A stretch of DNA of 55,268 bases from Thermoleophilia bacterium (lineage in GTDB: Bacteria > Actinomycetota > Thermoleophilia > Gaiellales > F1-60-MAGs149): the NCBI GenBank assembly GCA_009694475.1, contig SHUX01000002.1:1-55268 (forward strand), read 5' to 3'. The notes beneath the pieces were generated by a model. The model was not told the DNA's origin and did no database searches. It worked only from the letters and a program-made list of their open reading frames with translations. Of this stretch, positions 1 through 9,091 are shown piece by piece; position 1 is the stretch's first letter, and each line of letters opens with the position of its first letter. Made by a program: the position numbers and the translations under genes.

Positions 1-1095
1 AACGTAGGTGGCGTCCTGATTGGCGGTGGTGCCCAGGTTGCCGTGCAGTCGATGACGACGACGAAGACGTTTGATGCCGACGCGACGCTTGCGCAGATCG
101 CGCGCCTCGTCGATGCCGGTGTCGATATCGTCCGCGTCGCCGTGCCGGGCCTGCCCGACGTCGATGCCCTGCCGCGCATCATCGCCGAGAGCGCGGTGCC
201 GATCATTGCCGACATTCACTTCAATGCCTCGCTGGCACTGCGCGCGATGGACGCTGGTGTCGCTGCGGTACGCATCAATCCCGGCAATATCGGCGGTGCC
301 GACAAGGTGCGCGAAGTTGTCGCGAAGGCGCAGGAGACCTCGACGCCGCTGCGGATTGGTGCCAACTCTGGCTCGCTGCCCGAGCACCTCAAGTGGACGG
401 CGACGGCCGACCCGATCGGCGCGCTCGTGCAGGCGGCGATGGAGGAGGTCGAACTGCTTGAAGAACTCGAGTTCCACGATTTCAAGATTTCGGTCAAGTC
501 GACGTCGGTGCCGGTGATGATCGGCGCCTATCGTGCGCTCTCCCAACGGGTGCCGTATCCGCTGCATCTCGGCGTCACGGAGGCCGGCACGCTCGTGACG
601 GGCGCTGTCAAGTCGTCGATTGGTATTGGCACGCTGCTCGAAGAGGGTATCGGCGACACGATCCGCGTCTCGCTCTCGGTCGATCCGGTCGAAGAGGTGC
701 GCGTTGCCTACGACATCCTGCGCGCGCTCGGCCTGCGCCACATGGGTCCTGAGATGATCTCGTGCCCGTCCTGCGGTCGCACGAATGTCGAGGTGCACGA
801 GCTCGCCGAGATCGTCGAGACGCGCCTGCGCGGCTACAAGGAGCATTTTGAGGTGGCGGTGATGGGTTGCGCCGTCAATGGTCCCGGCGAGGCGGGTGAC
901 GCCGACTTCGGCATCGCCGGTGGTCGCGATGCCGGGCATATCTACGCCCATGGCGAGGTTCTCAAGCGCGTGCCGCAGGACCAGCTGGTCGATGAGATGT
1001 TCGCCGAAGTTGATCGTTGGATCGCAGCCGGCATGCCGCGTCCTGAGCGGGGGCGCCGCAAGTTGAGCCTGCCTGTCGTGGGAGGAACGACGTAA
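1..1095 (+). CDS. ispG: 4-hydroxy-3-methylbut-2-enyl diphosphate synthase IspG/GcpE, 5' end cut by the window edge
   Basis: Frame 1 is open from base 1 (NVGGVLIGGGAQVAVQSMTTTKT...) and continuous with listed ORF 43..1095. IspG hallmarks are present: VQSMT, IADIHF, and C-terminal Cys ligands in SCPSCGRT and GCAVNGPGE. Confidence 0.95.
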   Translation, partial: NVGGVLIGGGAQVAVQSMTTTKTFDADATLAQIARLVDAGVDIVRVAVPGLPDVDALPRIIAESAVPIIADIHFNASLALRAMDAGVAAVRINPGNIGGADKVREVVAKAQETSTPLRIGANSGSLPEHLKWTATADPIGALVQAAMEEVELLEELEFHDFKISVKSTSVPVMIGAYRALSQRVPYPLHLGVTEAGTLVTGAVKSSIGIGTLLEEGIGDTIRVSLSVDPVEEVRVAYDILRALGLRHMGPEMISCPSCGRTNVEVHELAEIVETRLRGYKEHFEVAVMGCAVNGPGEAGDADFGIAGGRDAGHIYAHGEVLKRVPQDQLVDEMFAEVDRWIAAGMPRPERGRRKLSLPVVGGTT

Positions 1096-1280
1096 TGCCA
1101 GAAATCGATCAGAAGACGTTGATCATGGCCGCCGCTGCCGCGGGTGGAACCGCGCTGTTTGTGGCCTCGAAGACGGTGCGTGTTCTCGCTGTTGCGGGTG
1201 TCGCGGCCTTCGCGGTCTACAAGTTTCGCGAGCGCACCCACAATTCGTGGAGCGACGTAGATCCTCCGCGCGCACGCTGA
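1095..1280 (+). CDS. small hypothetical membrane protein (61 aa)
   Basis: The ATG overlaps the ispG TAA by 1 nt (TAATG). It has one hydrophobic stretch (LIMAAAAAGGTALFVA...VLAVAGVAAFAVY) and moderate GC3. No family recognised. Confidence 0.35.
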   Translation: MPEIDQKTLIMAAAAAGGTALFVASKTVRVLAVAGVAAFAVYKFRERTHNSWSDVDPPRAR

Positions 1281-1285
1281 GTCAA

Positions 1286-2845
1286 GTGTCGACGCTCCCT
1301 GAGGTCGAGGCGCGCCTGGCCGGGCTCGAGACGACGGCGAGCCTCGCCTGGTGGGAGATGGCCTGCAATTCATCTGAGGCAACGTCGGCCGCCGCCGAGG
1401 CGGCCAGTGCAGCGATGGAGCACATGCTGGCCGATCCGGAGGTCGCGGCTGCGGCGGTACCGGTGGCAGAGACTGCACTCGAGCAGCGACGTGCCGAGGT
1501 CTTGCGCCTGATGACCGCTGGGCGTCAGCGCCCCGCCGACCTGATTGATCGCGTCGTTGCACTCGAAACCGAGCTGATGGGCATGCACTCGACCTACCGC
1601 GCCACGCACGACGGACGCGAACTCGACGCGGCTGCCGTGGATCGTGTCCTGATGGAGAGCACCGATCTCGCCGAGCGCGAGCAGGTTTGGTGTAGCGCCC
1701 GTGGCGTTGGCGCCGCTGTCGACGAGTCGCTGCGCGAGTTGGTTCGCCTGCGTAATCAGGGCGCCCGCGCATTGGGGCACCGCGACCACTATGCGATGAC
1801 ACTGACCAACGACGAGCTCGACGAGCAGCGCCTGTACGGCCTCTTCGATGCGTTGCATGTCGCGCTGGAGCCGGCTTGGAATGCCGAACGCGAAGTGATC
1901 GCCGCGGAGCGTCGCGCGGCGCTCGGGCTGGCCGCGGCTGAGCCACTGATGCCCTGGCACCTCGTCGATGTCTTCGGTCAGGATCCGCCGAGCGTGGGGG
2001 AGGACCCACTCGAGGCCGTCATCGGCGAGGTCGATGCGCTCGGTAGTGCCGCGCGCTATTTCGCTGACCTTGGCGCCGACGTCGACGGCGTGATCGCCCG
2101 CTCGGACGTCTTGCCGCGGCCGGGCAAAGATCAGCACGCCTTCATGATGCATGTCGATCGTGCCGGTGACGTGCGCGTGCTGATGAACCTCGCGCCGACG
2201 GTGCGCTGGCTCGAGACGACGCTGCACGAACTCGGCCACGCGATCTACGAACTCGAACTCGCGGCTGATCTGCCCTGGCTGTTGCGCTCGCCGGCGCACA
2301 TCTTGACGACCGAGGCGATCGCGATGCTGCATGGCCGACGCGGTCGTGACCCCGAGTTTCTCGAGCGCTACGCGGGTGTTGACCCGGCGATCGCGCGGCA
2401 TCCGACGAATGCCGCGACATTGCGCAGAGGTCTGCTGATTCTGGCCGCCTGGGTGCAGGTGATGACCCGCTTCGAGCGCGCGCTGTATGCCGATCCCGAC
2501 GGCGACCTCGATCGTGTCTGGTGGGATCTCGTCGAGCAGTACCAGGGCATCCCGCGCCCAGCCGAGCCCGTGCCCGGTGCGTGGGCCTCGAAGATCCATC
2601 TTGCCGTAGCGCCTGTCTATTACCACAACTACCTGCTTGGAGAGATCCTCGCCTCGCAGCTGCAGGAGTGGACGCAGCGCGTTGCGGGTGCTGCCTCGCC
2701 AGCGGCCGCAGCACCCGTGGTTGGCCCGTTGATCGCCGAGCACGTCTTGGCACCCGGCGCATCGGTGCGGTGGGACCATCTGGTCGAGCAGGCTACGGGT
2801 GCACCGCTGTCGATCGATGCGTTCGTGCGTACCGTCAGCGTTTAG
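1286..2845 (+). CDS. M2-family (angiotensin-converting-enzyme-like) zinc metallopeptidase
   Basis: Gluzincin signature HELGHAIYELELAADLPWLLRSPAHILTTEAIAM aligns with the ACE pattern HEMGH..Y....DLP..LR........HEAIGD. The N-terminal ASLAWWEMACNSSEAT resembles the ACE A.W.Y.TNIT motif. I prefer GTG 1286, just after the stop of the small ORF, over the ORF-track start at 1247. Confidence 0.7.
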   Translation: MSTLPEVEARLAGLETTASLAWWEMACNSSEATSAAAEAASAAMEHMLADPEVAAAAVPVAETALEQRRAEVLRLMTAGRQRPADLIDRVVALETELMGMHSTYRATHDGRELDAAAVDRVLMESTDLAEREQVWCSARGVGAAVDESLRELVRLRNQGARALGHRDHYAMTLTNDELDEQRLYGLFDALHVALEPAWNAEREVIAAERRAALGLAAAEPLMPWHLVDVFGQDPPSVGEDPLEAVIGEVDALGSAARYFADLGADVDGVIARSDVLPRPGKDQHAFMMHVDRAGDVRVLMNLAPTVRWLETTLHELGHAIYELELAADLPWLLRSPAHILTTEAIAMLHGRRGRDPEFLERYAGVDPAIARHPTNAATLRRGLLILAAWVQVMTRFERALYADPDGDLDRVWWDLVEQYQGIPRPAEPVPGAWASKIHLAVAPVYYHNYLLGEILASQLQEWTQRVAGAASPAAAAPVVGPLIAEHVLAPGASVRWDHLVEQATGAPLSIDAFVRTVSV

Positions 2846-2852
2846 ACCCGAT

Positions 2853-3353
2853 CTAGAGCTCGAGCAGCATCCGTGCGTTGCCGAGTGTGTTTGGCTTGAC
2901 GTATTCGAGGTCGAGGAACTCGGCGATGCCGCGGTCGTAGGAGCGGCGCATCTCCTCGTAGACCTCGGGCGTAACGGGCGTACCCTCAATCTCGCGAAAG
3001 CCGTAGCGGGCAAAGAAGGCCGTCTCGAAGGTCAGGACGAAGATGCGCTCGATGCCCATCTCGCGCGCGTGTTCGATCAGTCGCGCGACCACAAGTCCAC
3101 CAATGCCATTGCGCTTCTGCGACTGGTCAACGGCGACGGTACGAATCTCGCCGAGGTCCTCCCAGAGGATGTGCAGCGCGCCACAGCCGACGATCGCCTC
3201 GCCAGCGACGGCAACCCAGAACTCCTGCACGCCCTCGTAGAGCGTGACGGTCTCCTTCTCGAGCAGCACGCGACCCGTGTACTGGTCGACGAGGGCGCGG
3301 ATACCACGGACATCACGCGTGGTCGCGCGGCGGACTTCGATCGCTCCGGACAT
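2853..3353 (-). CDS. argA: short single-domain amino-acid N-acetyltransferase (mycobacterial-type N-acetylglutamate synthase, GNAT fold)
   Basis: 166 aa. The motifs LLEK..VTLYE.VQEFWVA, GCGALHILWEDLGEIRTVAVD, FVLTFET.FFARYGF.EIEGTPVT and AEFLDLEYVKPN.LGN.RMLL match my recollection of the short actinobacterial ArgA. Confidence 0.8.
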   Translation of the reverse strand: MSGAIEVRRATTRDVRGIRALVDQYTGRVLLEKETVTLYEGVQEFWVAVAGEAIVGCGALHILWEDLGEIRTVAVDQSQKRNGIGGLVVARLIEHAREMGIERIFVLTFETAFFARYGFREIEGTPVTPEVYEEMRRSYDRGIAEFLDLEYVKPNTLGNARMLLEL

Positions 3354-3359
3354 AGGGGG

Positions 3360-3365
3360 AGGGTA
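3360..3365 (-). promoter_or_regulatory. candidate -10 box TACCCT for a leaderless argA transcript
   Basis: On the minus strand the sequence reads TACCCT, then a 6-nt spacer, then ATG (3353). Confidence 0.4.
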
Positions 3366-3421
3366 TCGGGCGTCACTGCGTGCGGGAGGCAGACCCCGCT
3401 ACAAGCCGCCGCCCCGGGCGG

Positions 3422-3427
3422 TAGGAT
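3422..3427 (+). promoter_or_regulatory. candidate -10 box TAGGAT for a leaderless dnaE transcript
   Basis: TAGGAT, then an 8-nt spacer, then GTG at 3436, which begins VSAEFVHLHCHSEYS. Confidence 0.4.
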
Positions 3428-3435
3428 CGTTCTCC

Positions 3436-6400
3436 GTGTCCGCTGAGTTTGTCCACCTCCACTGTCATTCCGAGTACTCGATTCTCGATGGTGCCTGCCG
3501 CATCAAGGACCTTGTCGATCGCGCGGTAGAGCTGGAGATGCCGGCCGTGACGGTGACCGACCACGGCTCGATGGCGGGGGCCGTGGATCTCTATCGGACC
3601 GCCAATAGAGCCGGTATTAAGGCGATTGTTGGCTGCGAGATCTACCTCGTCGAAGACCGTCGCGCGAAGGAGCCGCCGGGCCGCCGGGACTGGGCGCACC
3701 TGACGCTCTTGGCCGAGAATCTTGAGGGGTACCACAACCTCGTCAAGCTCGTCACGCTCGGCTATCTCGAGGGCTACCACTACAAACCACGTGTCGACCT
3801 CGATCTACTCGCCCAGCATTCGAAGGGCCTGATTGCGCTCAGCGGCTGCCTCGCGAGCCGTGTCAACCAGGCGATTATGCGTGACGACGAGGTTGCTGCG
3901 CGGGCCGAGCTCGACCTGATGGTGCAGATCTTTGACAAGGACCATGTCTACGTCGAGATCCAAGATGCGGGCCTCGAGGAGCACCACAAGGTCAATCCGG
4001 TCTTGCTCAAGCTGGCGGACGAAATGGGGCTGCCAACTGTTGGTACCGGTGACGTGCATTACCTGCGCGCCGAAGATGCCGACCCGCACGAGGTCCTGCT
4101 GTGCGTCCAGACGGGCGACGTGCTCGCCAACGACAAGCGCTTCAAGTTCCCGAACAAGGAGTTCTTCCTCAAGACACCCGACGAGATGAAGCGCGTCTTC
4201 GAGCCGTATGGTCGCGACCTCTTGTCGCCGACGCTCGAGATCGCAGAGCGCTGCAACCTCGAGCTCGAACTCGGTGCGATTCGACTGCCGAAGTACGACG
4301 TGCCAAACGACGAAGACGCCTTCGTCTACCTGACGCGCCTGTGCGAGGCCGGGCTGCTCCAGCGCTACCCAGCCGCCGATGACAGCCTGCGCCAGCGCCT
4401 CAACTTCGAACTCCAGACGATCCGCGAGATGGGCTTTGCCGATTACTTCCTCGTCACGTGGGACTTCGTCAGCTTCGCCAAGCGCGAGGGCATTGGGGTC
4501 GGCCCGGGCCGTGGCTCTGCCGCCGGCTCGCTCGTTGCCTACTGCCTCGAGATCACTGACGTCGATCCAATCCGTTACGACCTGCTGTTCGAGCGCTTCC
4601 TCAACCCAGGCCGCAAGTCGATGCCAGACATCGATATCGACTTCTCCGTCCACGGTCGCGAGCGCGTGATGCAGTACGTCGTCGAGAAGTACGGTCGTGA
4701 CCGCGTCGCGCAGATCATCACCTTCGGCAAGCTCGCCGCCAAGCAGGCGACGCGCGACACCGGGCGCGTGCTGGGCCTGCCCTACGGCGTCGTCGACCGT
4801 ATCGCCAAGGGTATTCCCGACGGTGTCAAGGTCGGCTTCGACGAGAGTCTTGCGCCCGGCCAGGAGTTGCGGGCGATGTACGACGATCCGACGCCGATCG
4901 GGCGCTCCGACGATGGGCGCGAGATCACCGCCAAGCAGCTGATCGACATGGCGCGTCCGCTCGAAGGACTGGTGCGACAAGACTCGATCCATGCGGCCGC
5001 CGTCGTGATTGGCGACCGCCCACTGATGGAGTACCTGCCGTTGCAGCGCAAGGGCGTCGACTCGGAGGTCGTCACGCAGTACGCGATGGGCGACGTCGAG
5101 GCGCTCGGGCTGCTGAAGATGGACTTCCTTGGCCTGCGTAACCTCGATGTGATCGATGAGGCCGTGCGTGTGATCGAGCAGTCCAGCGGGACGAAGGTCG
5201 ATATTGCCAACCTCCCGCTCGACGACGAGGCGACGTACGCGATGCTCCGTAAGGGCGATGCGACGGGCGTCTTCCAATTCGAAAGCACCGGCATGCGCGA
5301 CGCGTTGCGCCAAGTCAAGCCGACGGTCTTCGAGGACCTGATTGCGCTGGTGGCGCTCTACCGCCCAGGACCGATGGCGAATATTCCGACGTACGCACGG
5401 CGGAATAACGGGTTGGAGGCGATCACGTTCACGGATCCCCGGCTCGAGCCGATTCTCGCCCCGACCAAGGGCGTCTACATCTACCAAGAGCAATCGATGC
5501 TGATTGCGAAGGAGTTGGCGGGCTTTACGCCAGCCGACGCGGACGACCTGCGCAAGGCAATCGGTAAGAAGGACGCCGAGTTGATGGCCAAGCTGAAGGA
5601 GCCGTTTATGGTCGGCTGTGAGGCCAACGGCGTCGAGCGCACGGTCGCCGAGGACCTCTGGGTCGAGAACGAGCGCAGTGCGGAGTACTCCTTCAACAAG
5701 GCTCACGCCGCCTGTTACGCCCTGATCTCGTACCGCACGGCCTACCTCAAGGCTAACTATCCGGCCGAGTACATGGCGGCGCTGATCTCGTCGGTGATGG
5801 ACACCAAGGACAAGGTGCCGTTTTACGTTGCCGAGTGCGAGTCGATGGGTCTCGAGGTGCTGCCACCCGATGTCAACTCGTCGCAACGCGATTTTGCGGT
5901 CGTCGAGGGCAAGATTCGCTTCGGGTTGAGCGCCGTCAAGAACGTTGGCGAGAACGCGGTGCGTGCGATCATTGAGGCCCGCGAGACGGACGGGCACTTC
6001 ATCTCGATCTGGGATGTCGCGGAGCGCGTCGATGCGCAGCACGTCTCGAGTCGTGTCTTAGAGAGCCTGATTCGCGCCGGGGCGCTCGATTCGACCGGCG
6101 ATCCGCGCCGCGGCATGCTGCTGGTGCTCGATCAGGCGGTCCAGTCGGGCCGCAAGGCGCAGGCCGATCGGCACGCGGGCCAGACGAACCTCTTCGAGGG
6201 GCTGACGGACGCCTCCGTTGGTGGCGGCGGTGGCGGCTCACACCCACCCGTGCCTGCCGGCGAATTCGAGCAGAAAGAGCTCCTGGCAGGCGAGCGCGAG
6301 ACACTTGGTCTGTTCGTTTCGAGCCACCCACTGTCGGACATTGCCGATCAGCTGCGACGCAAGGTCGATGTACCGATCTGCGAACTCGAGAATCGCAAAG

Positions 6401-6891
6401 AGGGGGAGACCGTCACGATTGGCGGCCTCGTTTCGTCCGTGCGTCAGACGATGACGAAGAAGGGCGATCCGATGGCCTTCGTCCAGCTCGAGGACACCAC
6501 GGGCGTGGTTGAGGTCGTCGTCTTTGCGAAGGCTTTTACGGCTGCACGACCACTGCTCGAGCAGGATCGCATCGTGATCGTCAAGGGCCGCGTCGATCAG
6601 CGCGGTGGGGGCGAGACGAAGCTCGTTGCGTTCGAGGTGATCGAGTTCGATGCCGTCGCGATTATCGGTATCGTGCGCATCGCGGTCGATGCCCGCAACG
6701 CGCCCGCCGACGCGATCGAGCGCCTGCGTCGCATCTGTGAGGAGTACCACGGCGACCACCCCGTTGTCGTCGATTTGCAGACCTCGTCGGGCAATCGGCG
6801 GCTCCGACTCGGGCCAGGCTTCCGGGTACGGCCAGGTCAGGCGCTGTTTGCCGAGATCAGCGCCTCGGTTGGCACTGTCACGATCGCGTAG
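3436..6891 (+). CDS. dnaE: DNA polymerase III alpha subunit
   Basis: PHP-domain start FVHLHCHSEYSILDGA, the polymerase core (GRKSMPDIDIDF, VFQFES.GM) and an OB-fold C-terminus. The ORF-track start 3244 adds 64 Arg/Pro-rich residues that overlap argA, so I prefer GTG 3436. Confidence 0.95.
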   Translation: MSAEFVHLHCHSEYSILDGACRIKDLVDRAVELEMPAVTVTDHGSMAGAVDLYRTANRAGIKAIVGCEIYLVEDRRAKEPPGRRDWAHLTLLAENLEGYHNLVKLVTLGYLEGYHYKPRVDLDLLAQHSKGLIALSGCLASRVNQAIMRDDEVAARAELDLMVQIFDKDHVYVEIQDAGLEEHHKVNPVLLKLADEMGLPTVGTGDVHYLRAEDADPHEVLLCVQTGDVLANDKRFKFPNKEFFLKTPDEMKRVFEPYGRDLLSPTLEIAERCNLELELGAIRLPKYDVPNDEDAFVYLTRLCEAGLLQRYPAADDSLRQRLNFELQTIREMGFADYFLVTWDFVSFAKREGIGVGPGRGSAAGSLVAYCLEITDVDPIRYDLLFERFLNPGRKSMPDIDIDFSVHGRERVMQYVVEKYGRDRVAQIITFGKLAAKQATRDTGRVLGLPYGVVDRIAKGIPDGVKVGFDESLAPGQELRAMYDDPTPIGRSDDGREITAKQLIDMARPLEGLVRQDSIHAAAVVIGDRPLMEYLPLQRKGVDSEVVTQYAMGDVEALGLLKMDFLGLRNLDVIDEAVRVIEQSSGTKVDIANLPLDDEATYAMLRKGDATGVFQFESTGMRDALRQVKPTVFEDLIALVALYRPGPMANIPTYARRNNGLEAITFTDPRLEPILAPTKGVYIYQEQSMLIAKELAGFTPADADDLRKAIGKKDAELMAKLKEPFMVGCEANGVERTVAEDLWVENERSAEYSFNKAHAACYALISYRTAYLKANYPAEYMAALISSVMDTKDKVPFYVAECESMGLEVLPPDVNSSQRDFAVVEGKIRFGLSAVKNVGENAVRAIIEARETDGHFISIWDVAERVDAQHVSSRVLESLIRAGALDSTGDPRRGMLLVLDQAVQSGRKAQADRHAGQTNLFEGLTDASVGGGGGGSHPPVPAGEFEQKELLAGERETLGLFVSSHPLSDIADQLRRKVDVPICELENRKEGETVTIGGLVSSVRQTMTKKGDPMAFVQLEDTTGVVEVVVFAKAFTAARPLLEQDRIVIVKGRVDQRGGGETKLVAFEVIEFDAVAIIGIVRIAVDARNAPADAIERLRRICEEYHGDHPVVVDLQTSSGNRRLRLGPGFRVRPGQALFAEISASVGTVTIA

Positions 6892-6928
6892 GTCACCCGC
6901 GAGACGTTGGTACGTCCGCCCTCGCGAC

Positions 6929-6934
6929 TACCGT
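6929..6934 (+). promoter_or_regulatory. candidate -10 box TACCGT for a leaderless scpA transcript
   Basis: TACCGT, then a 7-nt spacer, then ATG at 6942. Confidence 0.35.
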
Positions 6935-6941
6935 GAGGGGC

Positions 6942-7703
6942 ATGGCAACCTCTTCTGCACTCGCGCTCGAACTGGATATGGAGCCCTTTGCAGGCCCGTT
7001 TGATCTGTTGCTCGCACTCGTACTACGTGACGTGGTTGACCTCGGAGAGGTACCGGTTGCCGACGTCTGCCTGCGCTATCTGGCCCAGATTGAGGAGGAG
7101 GGCGAGCTCGATCTGGAGAGCGCCAGCGAATTCCTCGTGTTGGTCGCCGCGCTCCTCGAACTAAAGATCCGCCTCTTGTTGACGCCCGACGAGGTCGACG
7201 ACATGCCGGATGCCCAGGAGGCCGCCGAGGAACTCGCGGCACGACTGGCCGAGTATGCCCGCGCACAGGCGGCCGCCGCGTGGTTGTCCGAGCGCCTCGG
7301 CGAGGTTGGTCTGCGGGTCTTCCGCTCGGGTCCACCGGCGCTGCGCCCGCCACGCCCACAGCTCGACGATGCCGGCACGGGCGATCCCGCAGCGCTCGCC
7401 GCTGCGCTGCGACTGGTAATGACCCGGACGGATGAGGTGTCGCAGCCGATCCACGTCTTGCGTCGGCGCATTCCGCTCACACGCCTGCTGGATCACGTAC
7501 GCCGAGCAGTTCGCGAGACGGGCGCCTGCAGCTTCGAAGATGCCGTTAAGGGGCTCAGCCGCACAGAGCAGGCCGCCGCCTTCTGGGCTGTGCTCGACCT
7601 GATTCGTGGCGGCGAGGTGACGGCCGAGCAGGATGCGCCGTTCGCACCAATCCGGATGTGCACGACTGGGCGCCAGACCGTGGCGATCGGTGTCGCTGCG
7701 TGA
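6942..7703 (+). CDS. scpA: segregation and condensation protein A
   Basis: FAGPFDLLLALVLRDVVDLGEVPVADV is the typical ScpA N-terminus. GTG 6933 is an alternative start. Confidence 0.9.
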   Translation: MATSSALALELDMEPFAGPFDLLLALVLRDVVDLGEVPVADVCLRYLAQIEEEGELDLESASEFLVLVAALLELKIRLLLTPDEVDDMPDAQEAAEELAARLAEYARAQAAAAWLSERLGEVGLRVFRSGPPALRPPRPQLDDAGTGDPAALAAALRLVMTRTDEVSQPIHVLRRRIPLTRLLDHVRRAVRETGACSFEDAVKGLSRTEQAAAFWAVLDLIRGGEVTAEQDAPFAPIRMCTTGRQTVAIGVAA

Positions 7704-8317
7704 GCGCGAACGCGCGCATCGTCGAGGCCCTTCTGTTTGTCTCGTCCGAGCCGCTCGACGAGCGCTCGCTGGCCCAGGCAGCCGGTCTGTCGGAGCCCGA
7801 TATTGAAGAGGCACTCGCCCACGTAGGCCAGCGTCATACGCAGGGCAATTCTGGCGTCGTGCTCGAGCGAGTTGCGGGTGGCTGGGCACTGCGCGCAGCC
7901 GACGACACAGCGCTGGCCTGTGCGCGACTGCTCGACCAGCTCTCGCAGCGACCGCTTTCACGTGCCGCTCTCGAGACGCTTGCCGTCGTGGCCTATGCCG
8001 GACCTGTCAGCCGGCCCGAGATCGCTCGCATTCGTGGCGTCGCGGCAGACAATCCCGTTCAGAGCCTGCTTGAGCGCGGCCTAATTGAAGAGGCCGGACG
8101 CTCCGATCGACCCGGCAATCCGCTGCTCTATCGCACCACCACGCGCTTCGATCGTGTCTTTGGTCTTGAGGAGGGTCGCCACTCGCTGCCGCTACTCGAC
8201 GAGCTCGGCGACGACCTGCCAGATGCCGCTCAGGTGCGCAACCGACTGCAGGCGATGGCGGCCACGCAAGGTATCGTAATCGACGAGCCAGCCGCCGCCG
8301 CCGACCACCCAGCCTGA
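7700..8317 (+). CDS. scpB: segregation and condensation protein B
   Basis: IVEALLFVSSEPL and the paired winged-helix pattern. GTG 7700 overlaps the scpA TGA (GTGA). Confidence 0.9.
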   Translation: MSANARIVEALLFVSSEPLDERSLAQAAGLSEPDIEEALAHVGQRHTQGNSGVVLERVAGGWALRAADDTALACARLLDQLSQRPLSRAALETLAVVAYAGPVSRPEIARIRGVAADNPVQSLLERGLIEEAGRSDRPGNPLLYRTTTRFDRVFGLEEGRHSLPLLDELGDDLPDAAQVRNRLQAMAATQGIVIDEPAAAADHPA

Positions 8318-8330
8318 GTACGGTGTCGCT

Positions 8331-9062
8331 GTGAGCGACGACACGACACCTACGGTACGACTCAACCGCTTTCTCGCCCAGAGTGGTGTTGCCTCGCGGC
8401 GCGGGGCCGACACATTGATCGCCGAAGGCCGTGTGCGCGTGGACGGTGTGGTCGCTAAACCGGGCACGCAGGTGGGTCCGAACGCCGTCGTGACGGTCAA
8501 TGGTGTGGCGGTCGAAGAGGAGCGCCACGTCTATCTGATGATGAACAAGCCTGAGGGTTTTGTGACGACGCTGAGCGACGAGAAGGGCCGTCCGACGGTG
8601 ATGGAGCTTGTTGATGTCACCGAACGCGTCGTGCCCGTCGGTCGTCTCGATGCCGCCACCAGTGGACTCCTGCTCTTGATGAACGACGGTGCGCTGGCCA
8701 ACGGGCTGGCCCATCCGACGCACGGCGTACCCAAGACGTATCGCGTCGTTGTGCGCGGCCTGCCGGGCCCGACGGCCGTCCGTCGCCTCGAGCGCGGCGT
8801 AGAACTCGACGACGGCAAGACACAACCCGCTGTTGTCAAGGTGATCGGCACGCGTTCGGGTGGTGCCGAGCTCGAGATCACGATCAAAGAGGGGCGCAAT
8901 CGTCAGGTTCGCCGCATGTGTGCCGAGGTCGGCTATCCCGTGCACGAGCTCGAACGTATCGCCTACGGCCCGCTGCGACTCAGTCGTTTGCAGGTCGGTT
9001 CGTGCCGTGCACTGCGCCCGGATGAGGTCGAGGCGCTGCGCGAGGCTGTTGCTGGGGGCTGA
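8331..9062 (+). CDS. rluB: rRNA pseudouridine synthase, RluB/RsuA family
   Basis: An S4 domain (RLNRFLAQSGVASRRGAD) and the catalytic motif GRLDAATSGLLLLMNDG. Confidence 0.9.
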   Translation: MSDDTTPTVRLNRFLAQSGVASRRGADTLIAEGRVRVDGVVAKPGTQVGPNAVVTVNGVAVEEERHVYLMMNKPEGFVTTLSDEKGRPTVMELVDVTERVVPVGRLDAATSGLLLLMNDGALANGLAHPTHGVPKTYRVVVRGLPGPTAVRRLERGVELDDGKTQPAVVKVIGTRSGGAELEITIKEGRNRQVRRMCAEVGYPVHELERIAYGPLRLSRLQVGSCRALRPDEVEALREAVAGG

Positions 9063-9077
9063 GATCGCGAAGCATCG

Positions 9078-9083
9078 TATACT
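9078..9083 (+). promoter_or_regulatory. candidate -10 box TATACT upstream of the aromatic amino acid operon
   Basis: TATACT, then an 8-nt spacer, then GTG at 9092. Confidence 0.4.
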
Positions 9084-9091
9084 TCGCGACC

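Noticed and set aside
3244-3435. N-terminal extensions suggested by the ORF track: dnaE from 3244, tyrA from 10053, LCP from 15503, ugd from 17863, the Zn-ribbon ORF from 47363, pntAA from 50155 and pntB from 51305.
   Set aside because: The extensions overlap neighbouring genes, are Arg/Pro-rich, and precede the conserved N-termini. The internal starts coincide with 4-nt overlaps or TAnnnT boxes.
3805-6042. Very long antisense or alternative-frame ORFs. Examples: 3805..6042(-) opposite dnaE, 26664..28412(-) opposite secA, 20612..22405(-), 51680..53035(-), 15860..17368(-), 8963..10441(-), 37169..38779(-), 41605..42690(-) and 942..2009(-).
   Set aside because: Their translations are Arg/Pro/Ala/Gly-rich and low in complexity, and they lie opposite genes with unambiguous conserved motifs. 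This is the usual stop-codon-poor artefact of GC-rich DNA. There is no evidence of genuine overlapping genes.
6218-6240. GGTGGCGGCGGTGGCGGC repeat inside dnaE.
   Set aside because: It simply encodes a GGGGGG linker in a variable region of the polymerase. It is not a regulatory or hypervariable repeat as far as can be seen.
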